DNA of 63,785 bases, filler included, from Octopus bimaculoides (Eukaryota), in assembly GCF_001194135.2 (NCBI RefSeq). It is 8 parts of 8 records of this genome, joined end to end, with 100 filler letters (N's around TTAATTAATTAA, not from the genome) between each part and the next. Parts side by side here need not be neighbours in the genome. Positions count along the whole stretch, not along the records: positions 1 to 8,457 come from NC_068987.1; positions 8,558 to 29,436 come from NC_068981.1; 6 more parts are not named here. One strand, given 5' to 3'. Shown here one piece after another: positions 1 to 10,937 of this stretch. Position numbers and translations under genes: made by a program. The notes under the pieces were generated by a model. That model saw only the letters and a list, made by a program, of their open reading frames with translations, was not told where the DNA came from and did not search any database. Each line of letters starts with the position of its first letter. The first letter of the stretch is position 1.

Positions 1-205
1 GGGGGGGGGGGGTCACTAAAGATTTTTCACTGTGGAGCAGATAACTGAGAGAATGACGATTGTGGGCCGCATAAGCATTTTAGTCAATATAATACAGCGA
101 ATACACAAAGAATAAAGACAACCAACATATCTATTTACCAAAAAGTTATCAAACAAGGCAGCGTAGCGATGAGATAGTATATATCACACCCAATGTGCAC
201 ATATA

Positions 206-588
206 CTCTCTCTTTACTCTTTTACTTGTTTCAGTCATTTGACTGTGGCCATGCTGGAGCACCGCCTTTTAGTCGAGCAAATCGACCCCAGGACTTATTC
301 TTTGTAAGCCTAGTACTTATTCTATCGGTCTGTTTTGCCGAACCGCTAAGTTACAGGGACGTAAACACACCAGCATTGGTTGTCAAGCAATGTTGGGGGA
401 CAAACACAGACACACACACATACATATATATATATACGACGGGCTTCTTTCAGTTTCCGTCTACCAAATCCAATCAGAAGGCTTTGGTCAGCCCGAGGCT
501 ATAGTAGAAGACACTTGCCCAAGGTGCCACGCAGTAGGAATGAACCCGGAACCATGTGGTTGGGAAGCAAGCTACTTACCACACAACC
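206..588 (-). mobile_element. SINE family A, near full length (tRNA-derived head, CORE-like CCTTGGGCAAGTG, internal TA/TG microsatellite, GACTGAAACAAGTAAAAGA tail)
   Basis: Matches more than 15 other copies in this window (e.g. 39768-40228, 57676-58100); box-B-like GGTTCA in the head; short tandem AAAAGAGT tail. Confidence 0.9.
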
Positions 589-683
589 CTTTGTTTTCTT
601 GTAATTAAATTGTGATAAAGTTTATTGGAATTCTTAAAAAAAAAAGCAAAACAAAACAAAACAGCGAAATTGTTTTCGTAAAT

Positions 684-990
684 CTCAGTGTTTAGAGTAC
701 TCGGTTTACGATCGTAAAGTCGTGAGTTCAATTCCCGGTGACGTGTTGTGTCCTTGAGCAAGACACTTTATTTCACGTTAATCCAGTCGACTCAGCTGGC
801 AAAACTGAGTAGTACCTGTATTTCAAAGGGTCAGCCTTGTCACACTCTGTGTCACGCTGAATCTCCCTGAGAACTACGTTAAGGGTACACGTGTCTGTGG
901 TGTACTCAGCCACTTGCAAATTAATTTCACGAGCAGGTTGTTTCGTTGATCGGATCAAGTGGAACTTTCGTCGTCGTAACCGACGGAGGA
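684..990 (+). mobile_element. SINE family C (tRNA-like head, CCTTGAGCAAGACACTTTA core, tail type 1)
   Basis: GAGTTCAATTCC box B; head/core shared with 49752-50080; tail shared with 52995-53168. Confidence 0.85.
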
Positions 991-1004
991 CCGGTTAAAT
1001 CTCT

Positions 1005-1186
1005 GCCTCTTTTACCTTTTTTTTTCTTTATCTTTTACCTGTTTCAGTCGTTAAACTGCGGCCATGCTGGGGCACCGCCTTGAAGAATTTTTAGTCGAAT
1101 GAATTGAGCCCAGCACTTATTTTTTAAAGCCTGGTACTTACTCTATTGGTCACTTTTGCTGAACCGCACACGACGGGCTTCTTTCA
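1005..1186 (-). mobile_element. SINE family A, internally deleted 3' part
   Basis: Tail motif TTTTACCTGTTTCAGTC...GCCATGCTGGGGCACCGCC. Confidence 0.8.
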
Positions 1187-1274
1187 GACGAAATACCGCT
1201 AAGCATTTCGTTAATTGCCGCTCCTGCTTTTGGGCGATTGAGACGGGTTATACTCCTTTTTTGATAGTCTAGCG

Positions 1275-1307
<33 letters not shown>

Positions 1308-1308
<1 letters not shown>

Positions 1309-1491
1309 CGAGGTGGCAGAAACGTTAGCACGTCGGGCGAAATGCTTAGCGGTATTTCGTCTGTCTTTACGTTCTCAGTTCAAATTCCGCCGAGGTCGAC
1401 TTTGCCTTTTATCATACGTACTGGGGTCGATCTAATCGACTGGCTCTCTCCCCTAAAATTTCGGGCCTTGTGCCTGGAGTAGAAAAGAATA
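1308..1491 (+). mobile_element. SINE family B
   Basis: GCGAG(C/G)TGGCAGAAACGTTAGC head, GTTCAAATTCC box B, GGGGTCGAT-N-ATCGACT module; homologous to 57179-57412. Confidence 0.85.
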
Positions 1492-1511
1492 TTTTAAAGC
1501 AATATTAAAGC

Positions 1512-1755
1512 AGCGTGTTGGCAGAATTGTTAGCATGCATGGCGAAATGCTTGGCAGCATATCGTCTGTCTTTACGTTCAAATTCCACTTGTTTGACTTA
1601 TGCAAATTCCACTTGGTAGACTTTGCCTTTCTTCCTTTCGAGATGGATAAAACAAGTACCAGTTGATTACAGGAGTGGAGGTGGGTGTCGATGTAATCGA
1701 CTTGCCTCCTGCCACGAAATTATTGGCTTCGTACCAAAACTTGAAACCAGTATTT
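1512..1755 (+). mobile_element. SINE family B, diverged tandem copy
   Basis: Same head and AAGTACCAGTT...GTCGATGTAATCGACT motifs. Confidence 0.75.
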
Positions 1756-1823
1756 TCAGGGAATACTAAAACAGCGGGCTGGCAGAATCGTTAGCACGCA
1801 GGCCAGAACATTGATGTAGAAAT

Positions 1824-1938
1824 TTACAGAAAACCAAAAAACGAAGACAGATATATAAACAACAAAGAGGTACATTAGTTGAACGCTGGGGAAGGTGAGA
1901 GAGTCTTTTACGTTTCGAGCCGACGCTCTTCAGCGTCG
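1824..1938 (-). mobile_element. Truncated Penelope-like short unit ending in a 7-bp inverted duplication
   Basis: Homologous to 4766-4966; CGACGCT (1921-1927) is mirrored by AGCGTCG (1932-1938) at the breakpoint. Confidence 0.65.
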
Positions 1939-2471
1939 TTGATACTGTTTCTCTTATGATTTAGGTCTAAACTTGATCGAGTATGTTTTATATATCATAT
2001 TTTATTTGTTTCGCTCATTGGACTGCGCCTATGCTGGGGGCACTGCCTCGAAGGGTTTTAGTCGAATGAGTCAACCCCTAACCCTTATTATTTTAAATCC
2101 GGGTTTCATTCAATCAGTCTCATTTTATATTTATTTCCATAGCCTTGAGAAAGCATTTCGTATAGACGTGTAGTGCTAAAAAGCACAGTCAAAAATGCGG
2201 AGATCCAGATTTAGCAATTCCATCGTTGCTACTGGATGCTTTTCGTTTACTACTGATATACGGATACGTAAACAAACCAGTACCGGTTGTCATGCAGTGT
2301 GTGTTTGTGTGTGTGTATGTTTGTTATTTCTTTACTGCCCACAAGGGGCTGCACACAGAGGGGACAAACAANNNNNNNNNNNNNNNNNNNNNNNNNNNNN
2401 NNNNNNNNNNNNNNNNNNNNNNNNNNNNNNNNNNNNNNNNNNNNNNNNNNNNNNNNNNNNNNNNNNNNNNN

Positions 2472-2542
2472 CGCAGTGGGACTGAACTCGGAACCATGTG
2501 GTCGGTAAGCAAGCTACTTACCACACAGCCACCCCTGCGCCT
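2472..2542 (-). mobile_element. SINE family A head (rest in gap)
   Basis: Reverse complement of TAGGCGCAGGGGTGGCTGTGTGGTAAGTAGCTTGC. Confidence 0.8.
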
Positions 2543-2770
2543 ACCTAAGTTTCAACCTCATCTCTTCAATGTCTCCCTAGCAGACTTCCTAAGTTTAACG
2601 CAAAGTTTCACGTTGGCTCTTTGTTCCTGTCCATGACACAATCGCAGACTACAGCATACATGTGATCACAAAAGCACACATTTCACAACTTGAGAATTAA
2701 ACACAGCGATATTACACGGCACACTGCCCCATGAAGGTCACTGCTATCTCTTACTACGCACGCAACCATG

Positions 2771-2786
2771 TGCTGCCATCTGTTGG
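2771..2786 (-). promoter_or_regulatory. CTCF-like motif CCAACAGATGGCAGCA
   Basis: One mismatch to the CCAS(Y)AGRKGGCRS core; motif match only. Confidence 0.3.
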
Positions 2787-2999
2787 CGCACTATAGAACT
2801 AGACCGGGAACTTTTTGATTCCAAATCGTACATCCTACGAGAGTTATTGTACAAACATTACTCTAAGTACTGTATCATGTGTTATGGTGTTGGCAACAGC
2901 CATGGTGGCAAGAAAATATATACGTATCATATTGCTTACATCAGTGTGTGATATCTTGCTGTTAAGACCAACATGAGGTGTAATTAAAGAGTTGAGATT

Positions 3000-3331
3000 A
3001 GCACAGAATCGAATTTTGGATAAGCTCTAGCTCTGATTTATTGTATTGTTTTGGTGTATTATTTGTATGGCTGCTGCTTTTGAAGACATACATATCATAC
3101 GTACATACACACTCATATGCACACACACACAAACACACAATGCATGCATGCATACACACACACATACACACATATCCATTTTGATATACATACATACATG
3201 CATATATATATATATATATATATACATACATACATGCATATATATATATATATATATAAACACATTTATGTACTAATATCTCCCTCTCTCTCTACATTTA
3301 TGCACACGCAGATAAATATGCATACATATAT

Positions 3332-3376
<45 letters not shown>

Positions 3377-3418
3377 AACACATACATACATAGAGATACA
3401 CTCATAGAGATACACTAC

Positions 3419-3461
<43 letters not shown>

Positions 3462-3844
3462 AGTAAATATTTATAGTTGCATCTGTTTTTGTTTGTGCAT
3501 ATACGTACACACACAAACGCACACACAGACATACACAAACGCACACACAGACATACACATAGGCATGTATACAACTACAAGTACTCACGCACGAACACAC
3601 GTACGCATATACACGCATGCGTACGCATATACACGCATATACACGCATGCGTACGCACACACGTGATATAATGGCAGCTATGACTGATGCTGCCACTCCA
3701 AAGTTTTTGCTCTTTACAGTGCACAACTAATTATAAGTTGTCATTAGCGTCTGTATCATGTACACTTTTATTTAATTAGCCTCTTTACAACTCTTTCATC
3801 ACTTTTATAATGAGAGTTCATTTGATTTTCGGAGTCGACTGTGT

Positions 3845-3881
<37 letters not shown>

Positions 3882-4245
3882 GGTTTGTTTGCGTCTGGAA
3901 TGAAATTACTATGAATTCAGTTAACTACGTAAATGTATGTATGTATATATATGTGTATGTATGTATGTATATAAGCATACAAACTCATATACGAGTACAT
4001 ACACACACGCGCGCGCACACACATTCATATATACATACATATGCATATATGTTTATGCAAATGAATATCTATATGCATGTATGTGTGTATATGCATGTAT
4101 GCACATACACACACACACACAGATATATGTATATGTATATATATATATATATCTATCTATATATACATATATATATAAACACACACTCTCACAGATACAC
4201 ACACCCACATATATACAAATATATACGCATACATATATGTATATT

Positions 4246-4280
<35 letters not shown>

Positions 4281-4316
4281 ATCCAGATATATATATATAG
4301 AGAGAGATATATACAG

Positions 4317-4365
<49 letters not shown>

Positions 4366-4460
4366 CATACATACGTACATACATACATGCATACATACAT
4401 ACACACACACACATACACACACATATATATATGTACACACACACACACACATTTACACTT
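3000..4460. repeat. Compound (CA)/(TA)/(TG)/(CATA) microsatellite field
   Basis: Seen directly; source of the HT/YI/CV pseudo-ORFs. Confidence 0.95.
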
Positions 4461-4765
4461 GTACGTATTTACGCATCCATTCATACCTGCGCATTATTAA
4501 TCATATATTTATTGTTGTGCTTATGTACACATTCATTAAGTTTTGCTTTATGTATAATGAACCCAAGTTCATTTCAAGCCGTGTAAAAATCGTCAATCTC
4601 GACAGAGGATAATGTCCTCTAAAAGTGTTGATATAAACCAAATATCTAATTGTTATTTACTCGTACCCTTACACCAATTATATTCAAGAAATCAAGAACA
4701 ACAATAACAGATTTCGAAAGCCTTGCAGAATAGCTACACTCTAGTCCTACTGTTTATATATATAT

Positions 4766-4966
4766 CGCCATGATAGATCGCTGACCACTACACACATTTT
4801 TTTCTCTGCTTGTTTCTCTCTTTGTTTCCTTCTGTGTTCCTTTCTGTGGAAGAGCGTAGGCTCGAAACGTTAAAGACTTTTTCAATTCCCGAGCGTTATA
4901 CTAATACATCTGTTTGTTTTCTACACCACCTGTCTTTGTCTTTTGTTTTTTTGTGAATTCTCCCTA
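4766..4966 (+). mobile_element. ~200-bp Penelope-like non-autonomous unit (solo pLTR-like) between (TA)n tracts
   Basis: Same ends (CGCCATGATAGA... to ...GTGAATTCTCCC(C)TAT) as the inverted copy at 6993-7192; contains a hammerhead-like motif. Confidence 0.75.
4840..4875 (+). ncRNA. Minimal hammerhead-ribozyme-like motif with variant core CUGUGGA
   Basis: cttt-CTGTGGA-A-GAGC-gtag-GCTC-GAAA-C-G-T-T-aaag: 4-bp stem I, 4-bp stem II, palindromic ACGU stem III. Confidence 0.55.
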
Positions 4967-5405
4967 TATATATATATATNNNNNNNNNNNNNNNNNNNNN
5001 NNNNNNNNNNNNNNNNNNNNNNNNNNNNNNNNNNNNNNNNNNNNNNNNNNNNNNNNNNNNNNNNNNNNNNNNNNNNNNNNNNNNNNNNNNNNNNNNNNNN
5101 NNNNNNNNNNNNNNNNNNNNNNNNNNNNNNNNNNNNNNNNNNNNNNNNNNNNNNNNNNNNNNNNNNNNNNNNNNNNNNNNNNNNNNNNNNNNNNNNNNNN
5201 NNNNNNNNNNNNNNNNNNNNNNNNNNNNNNNNNNNNNNNNNNNNNNNNNNNNNNNNNNNNNNNNNNNNNNNNNNNNNNNNNNNNNNNNNNNNNNNNNNNN
5301 NNNNNNNNNNNNNNNNNNNNNNNNNNNNNNNNNNNNNNNNNNNNNNNNNNNNNNNNNNNNNNNNNNNNNNNNNNNNNNNNNNNNNNNNNNNNNNNNNNNN
5401 NNNNN

Positions 5406-5447
<42 letters not shown>

Positions 5448-5636
5448 TCATTTATGAACCACGCAGAGTTATACGTATAACTAATACATTCTTTTGCTGC
5501 CGATGACGAGATCTTTCCAGTTTTAATCTTCCTTACGTTTCCTTGACGCCCGTATTACCGCTGCTACTATAAATGCATTGTGGGATAGTGTCTGATATCC
5601 TGTCATATTGTGGGATATTGTAGATATCCTGTCATC

Positions 5637-6032
5637 TACCTTTTATCGTTTACTTGTCTCATTCCTCGATCTGCAGCCATGCTTTGGCACCTCCTTGGAG
5701 AGTTTTGGTTGGGCAAATCAACCCCAGTACTTTTGTCTTTTTTTAGGTCTGGTACTAGTCTCTTTCGTGGGACCGGTAAGTTATGGGCATGTAAATAAAC
5801 TAACACCAGTTATCAAGCAGTGGTTGGGTCAAACAAAAACACAGACCCCCACCCCTACCCACGCACATAATACGACGAGTTATACACAACTTCCATCAAA
5901 CAAATTCATTCACGAAGCATTGTCGGCATGGTGCCATAAAAAAAGACACTTGCCGAAAGTGCCGCACAATGGCACAGAATCCGGAATTATGGGGTTGCAA
6001 AACGGTCTTCTTAACCACACAGCCAAGTCTGC
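5637..6032 (-). mobile_element. SINE family A, old diverged copy
   Basis: Colinear degenerate matches to tail, middle and head. Confidence 0.75.
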
Positions 6033-6992
6033 CTTCCACCATCAATAAAAGAAATATCGGCTTTACAAATGTAATGTATTGAGTACTTCATTGGGTCGTA
6101 GTATTCTCAATATTTGTTTGAGAGTTAGAACCAATATAAACACATACAAACACACGCAAGCTTATACTCACACACACACACACACACACACTCTCTTTCT
6201 TTCTCTCTCTCTCTCTCTCTCAATCTCTCTCTCCCTCACACACACCTATATAAATTTATGAGTCTTATGTACGTATTGACTCGACACTACTTGAGTCGAC
6301 CTAGAAAAAGCAACTTCTCAATATACACACACACACACACACACAGGCACACGCATACTCATACATACATACATACATGCAGGAGTGGCTGTGTGGTAAG
6401 TAGCTTNNNNNNNNNNNNNNNNNNNNNNNNNNNNNNNNNNNNNNNNNNNNNNNNNNNNNNNNNNNNNNNNNNNNNNNNNNNNNNNNNNNNNNNNNNNNNN
6501 NNNNNNNNNNNNNNNNNNNNNNNNNNNNNNNNNNNNNNNNNNNNNNNNNNNNNNNNNNNNNNNNNNNNNNNNNNNNNNNNNNNNNNNNNNNNNNNNNNNN
6601 NNNNNNNNNNNNNNNNNNNNNNNNNNNNNNNNNNNNNNNNNNNNNNNNNNNNNNNNNNNNNNNNNNNNNNNNNNNNNNNNNNNNNNNNNNNNNNNNNNNN
6701 NNNNNNNNNNNNNNNNNNNNNNNNNNNNNNNNNNNNNNNNNNNNNNNNNNNNNNNNNNNNNNNNNNNNNNNNNNNNNNNNNNNNNNNNNNNNNNNNNNNN
6801 NNNNNNNNNNNNNNNNNNNNNNNNNNNNNNNNNNNNNNNNNNNNNNNNNNNNNNNNNNNNNNNNNNNNNNNNNNNNNNNNNNNNNNNNNNNNNNNNNNNN
6901 NNNNNNNNNNNNNNNNNNNNNNNNNNNNNNNNNNNNNNNNNNNNNNNNNNNNNNNNNNNNNNNNNNNNNNNNNNNNNNNNNNNNNNNNNNNN

Positions 6993-7192
6993 ATAGGGGG
7001 AGAATTCACAAAAAAAAAACACGACAAAGACATGTGGTGTACACAACAAACACATGTATTAGTATAACGCTCTGGAAGTGAAAAAGTCTTTAACGTTTCG
7101 AGCCTACGCTCTTCCACAGAAAAGAACACAAAAAGAAACAAGGAGAGAAAAAAAAAAAAGGAATGTGTAGTGGCTAGCGGTCTATCATGGCG
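6993..7192 (-). mobile_element. ~200-bp Penelope-like unit, second copy
   Basis: Highly similar to the reverse complement of 4766-4966. Confidence 0.75.
7087..7124 (-). ncRNA. Minimal hammerhead-like motif, identical core to 4840-4875
   Basis: tcttt-CTGTGGA-A-GAGC-gtag-GCTC-GAAA-CGTT-aaaga (5-bp stem I). Confidence 0.55.
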
Positions 7193-7199
7193 CGAATGA

Positions 7200-7231
<32 letters not shown>

Positions 7232-7476
7232 GTATAATATAAGGATTCAGAGAATTGTGTGGGTATTGCTTAAAGCTCCTTTTATGGACTCGGCTGACAG
7301 TCAACATAGTAATCCAAAACAAAGAATTATAATGTTGAGTGTCCATGCAGCGAAAATCTAGAAGATCTGATCGATGAAACTATTTCATGAAGAGTATATA
7401 AACCATAAAATTCAGGAATTATAAAAGGTGAATACATATCTATTTAAGCACGTAACATTCTTAAGATTGAAGCCAT

Positions 7477-7682
7477 TTTGAAACCTTCTTCGTGTAGTAT
7501 TAATTTCAGTTAATGCTTACATGTTTGATGTTCTTATGAGCTAGTTTTCCTTATTTGCATTGGTTTGTGAATATACAATTGTATTGTATAATGCCGAACA
7601 TGCATGTTGATGCAAACAGGTAAGCATAATTTCTGCCACACTGAAATTAATACTACATGATGAAGGTTTCGAAACAGCCGTT
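7477..7682. repeat. 34-bp inverted repeat pair (7477-7510 / 7640-7673), arms resembling a hammerhead core
   Basis: 31/34 identity; right arm reads ATGATGA-AGGTTTC-GAAA-CAGCCG-TT. Confidence 0.7.
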
Positions 7683-8501
7683 ACCCTAAGGATGTCATGT
7701 GGTTAAATAGATAGATATTCAACTCTCACCTCCTAACTTCTTTGGTTTACACATATGCATACATATACATGCATACATATACATGCACACATACATACAC
7801 ACATACATACACACACACAGATACACATTTATAACTGGGAAGATTTGATGAAGTATGTAGGAAGGTAAGTTTTCTGTGAAGATGGTGGTCTTACAAATTT
7901 TATATTTTATGTACTTCTCAAACAGCAGTGGCACCCACACTCACACTCGCAAATGACCAATAAATGTGTTTTGAAATAAAAGAATAAAAAAATGCAAGAC
8001 TGTCTCACATTCTGGTGAAATTTTGTTGGCTTTCCAACTTTCCTGTTCGTAAGGGACAAGCCCGTCCGGTGAGTGTGATTCGACATTCTGGAGGTCAGTG
8101 TTCGGTTCATCAAGGTAGGGCTGGACATTCACGGTGCATAATTTACCTTGATAAGAAGTATAAAACAATAAGTATAACAATGACAATCATTAAAGCTAGG
8201 CAGCCATTTTAATCATTTTTTGTGACGTCATCATTAATAAGTGAAATATTTATAAAATATTATGTATCTACTCACCGTACCCTGTGTGTGTGTATGTGTG
8301 TGTGTGTGTGCGTGCATGTGTATGTGCGCGCGCGTGCGGATGTGTGTGTATGTGCATGTGTGTGTGTGCGTATGTGCATGTGTACATGTGTGTTTGCATG
8401 TGTGTGTGTGTGCGTGTGTGTGCGCCTATGAATGTATGTATATATATATATATATATNNNNNNNNNNNNNNNNNNNNNNNNNNNNNNNNNNNNNNNNNNN
8501 N

Positions 8502-8513
8502 TTAATTAATTAA
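8502..8513. other. Artificial scaffold spacer TTAATTAATTAA inside N44...N44 (also 29481, 33891, 36218, 50391, 52128, 62121)
   Basis: Identical 12-mer with stops in all six frames, centred in N gaps totalling about 100 bp (44+12+44 counted at this site). Confidence 0.95.
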
Positions 8514-8557
8514 NNNNNNNNNNNNNNNNNNNNNNNNNNNNNNNNNNNNNNNNNNNN

Positions 8558-8937
8558 TCGTCTTCTTTGTTTGGTAATTTTGTAGTTTTTGTTGTATTTT
8601 CTTTCGTTGATGTTGTTGATGTTGCTTTTATTGTTTTTTGTGTGGATGGCGGTGTGGGCAGCAAGGCTTTTTTTGTGTGTTTAGTTAGTTCTTGTTGTTG
8701 TTGTTGTGTTTTTCGGACAGTCGGACACTCCTTTTTGAAGTGTGCCTCGCTGTGGCATAAGTAACAGCGAGGCCACCTGCCCTCTACTACTATATGCAAC
8801 TTTTGGTTTGTTGCCAAACGGATGTATGGTGGGATTTTTTTGATTTCTTGTTCGTTTGTGTGGAACAAGATTTGTATGCTTTTTCCGGTCCAATTGGTGT
8901 CTCCAACGTTTATTTTTAGTATGTTAATGTTGTCCAT
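8558..8937 (-). mobile_element. Non-LTR retrotransposon ORF1/gag-like fragment with CCHC zinc knuckle
   Basis: VEGRWPRCYLCHSEAHFKKECP = CX2CX4HX4C followed by a low-complexity T/K/Q tail. Confidence 0.7.
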
Positions 8938-8969
8938 ATCAACACATATGGCCGATATCTATCTATCTA

Positions 8970-9007
<38 letters not shown>

Positions 9008-9315
9008 TTCAAATGTCACTTTTTCTTTTATCCTTTCATGGTCGATAAAATAAGTACCAGTTGAGCACTAGGACTTCATCTAATCGATTTGCCGAATTTT
9101 GCCAACAATTTTTATACTTTAACCCAGTTAGAGATATTTCCGTTTTCAACTCTTCACCCCTTGGCTGTCTTCGACTGCAATTATATGTTGAACACAGTTT
9201 CGTTTTGTCTTTGTTTGCTATGCATAGTTTCGTCATTCTAATGGCCACTTCATCTTCTCTACAACTGTGTATCCTTCTATATTACATATTGCAGCTAGGT
9301 TTGTTGTATCTCTCG

Positions 9316-9338
9316 ATGAAAGAGATTAACTTACATTT
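9316..9338 (+). CDS. Putative secreted peptide gene, first coding exon (MKEINLH L/), phase-2 end
   Basis: ATG 9316; donor TT|GTAAGT at 9339; upstream acceptor ...catattgcag| at 9294. Confidence 0.5.
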
Positions 9339-9535
9339 GTAAGTTAATTGATATCTTCGTTCATTTGTAGTTCCCATTTCATTGTTTTGTCCTTTTTTAA
9401 TGTCTATGTAGCAAAGATCCATAATTTACCTAACCTCTCTGAATTTGGTTCTACAAAGACTCACAAAGTGGATAATCATTTCAATGAGTACGAGTCCCAC
9501 CATGTAACAAGTGTATGTTTTATGACTTATTCCAG

Positions 9536-9569
9536 GTACATTATTACCTTATGTTTCATTCATATACAG
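9536..9569 (+). CDS. Putative secreted peptide gene, second coding exon (/L YIITLCFIHIQ), phase 2 to 0
   Basis: Acceptor ttttatgacttattccag|G, donor CAG|GTAAAT; phase matches both neighbours. Confidence 0.55.
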
Positions 9570-9810
9570 GTAAATAGCAATCTGTTAATCGTTTGTGCTC
9601 GTTTAATGGTTAAATAACCCACACATCTTCTGTTTATGTTGCCTAGAATCTTACATATCATTGTACGATGCATATGAGCGGGTGTCTAAAAACATGTGTG
9701 CGTAGGTATATATGTATACTCACACACACTTATTATATAAGTACATACATGTGACAGCATGGCCACGTCCTCAAGGATGAAACATGTAAAAGATTAAAGG
9801 AATAAAAGAA

Positions 9811-9979
9811 TATACGACGGACTTTCTTTCAGATTCCTTGTACCAAATCCACTGACATGGATTTGGTCGGCCTGAGGCTATAGTAGAAGACACTTGCCCA
9901 AGGAGGCATGAATTGGGACTGAACCCCGAGTCATGTGGTTGAGAAGCAAGATTCTTACCACATAGCAAGGCCTGTGCTT
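9811..9979 (-). mobile_element. SINE family A 5' half (with a plus-strand tail fragment at ~9752-9810)
   Basis: GGCTATAGTAGAAGACACTTGCCCAAGG signature. Confidence 0.8.
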
Positions 9980-10377
9980 ATATGTATATATATATATATA
10001 TACACACACACACATGTGAGGTGGTGTGGGAGTGGTGGTTGTTGTGGTGGTAGTGGTTGTGGTGTGTGCGTGTGTGCTCCACAGAATCACCACGAAACAA
10101 GATACCAATATCTTAATTTGTTGGGCTAAATCCTTCCAGGCAGTAGGTACTCCACTGTGCCTTCAGTCTACAGACGGGAACCTGTTGAAGATAAAAGGTA
10201 AACGACATATCATATAGACCATTTAATTCAAGTGTAAATATAGAAAATATAGAAAAGGACGCAAGTCAATTTTCAGTATTTAAACAAAAGCACCCAAGCA
10301 TCAATTCAATCCTTCAATGAAATCATGCAGGTTTGCCTAGAAATATCAATACAAATTCCATTTTTTTTTAATTTCAG

Positions 10378-10539
10378 AGCTTTCAAAGTGAATTTTGTAC
10401 AATTTGGGAAGAATCATATAATGATAAGAAATACAAAAAGCGAAATATCAACTCTAAGTTTCCAGTATATTCAGATTGTATCACAAAGTTTGGTGAAAAC
10501 CAATCTTGTAATGATGATGATTTTAGACCTCATGCGTAA
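10378..10539 (+). CDS. Putative secreted peptide gene, third coding exon (SFQSEFCTIWEESYNDKKYKKRNINSKFPVYSDCITKFGENQSCNDDDFRPHA*)
   Basis: Acceptor ttttttttaatttcag|; 53 sense codons in phase 0; TAA 10537-10539; donor TTG|GTAAGT at 10552. Confidence 0.55.
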   Translation, partial: SFQSEFCTIWEESYNDKKYKKRNINSKFPVYSDCITKFGENQSCNDDDFRPHA

Positions 10540-10707
10540 ATTTATCTATTGGTAAGTAAGTTTTAAATGCTTGCGAAGGAGATCTTAGTTTCAAAACAGT
10601 AATAAATCTATAGAAGTCATAAACAAAATATATTTACATACATTAATTCCCGAACAGTACTTTACCCTCAGTTTGAATAGTTTTTTTGCTTAAGCGCAAA
10701 ACCATGC

Positions 10708-10751
<44 letters not shown>

Positions 10752-10834
10752 AATACATACACACATGGATAAACATACGTGTGCACACATATTTATTCTG
10801 TTTTATGCACATATATCTATACATACATGCATGC

Positions 10835-10937
<103 letters not shown>

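Noticed and set aside
193-608. Recurring ORFs such as TTGFFQFPSTK / EAIVEDTCPRCHAVG seen many times
   Set aside because: Chance frames within SINE family A; the frames vary between copies
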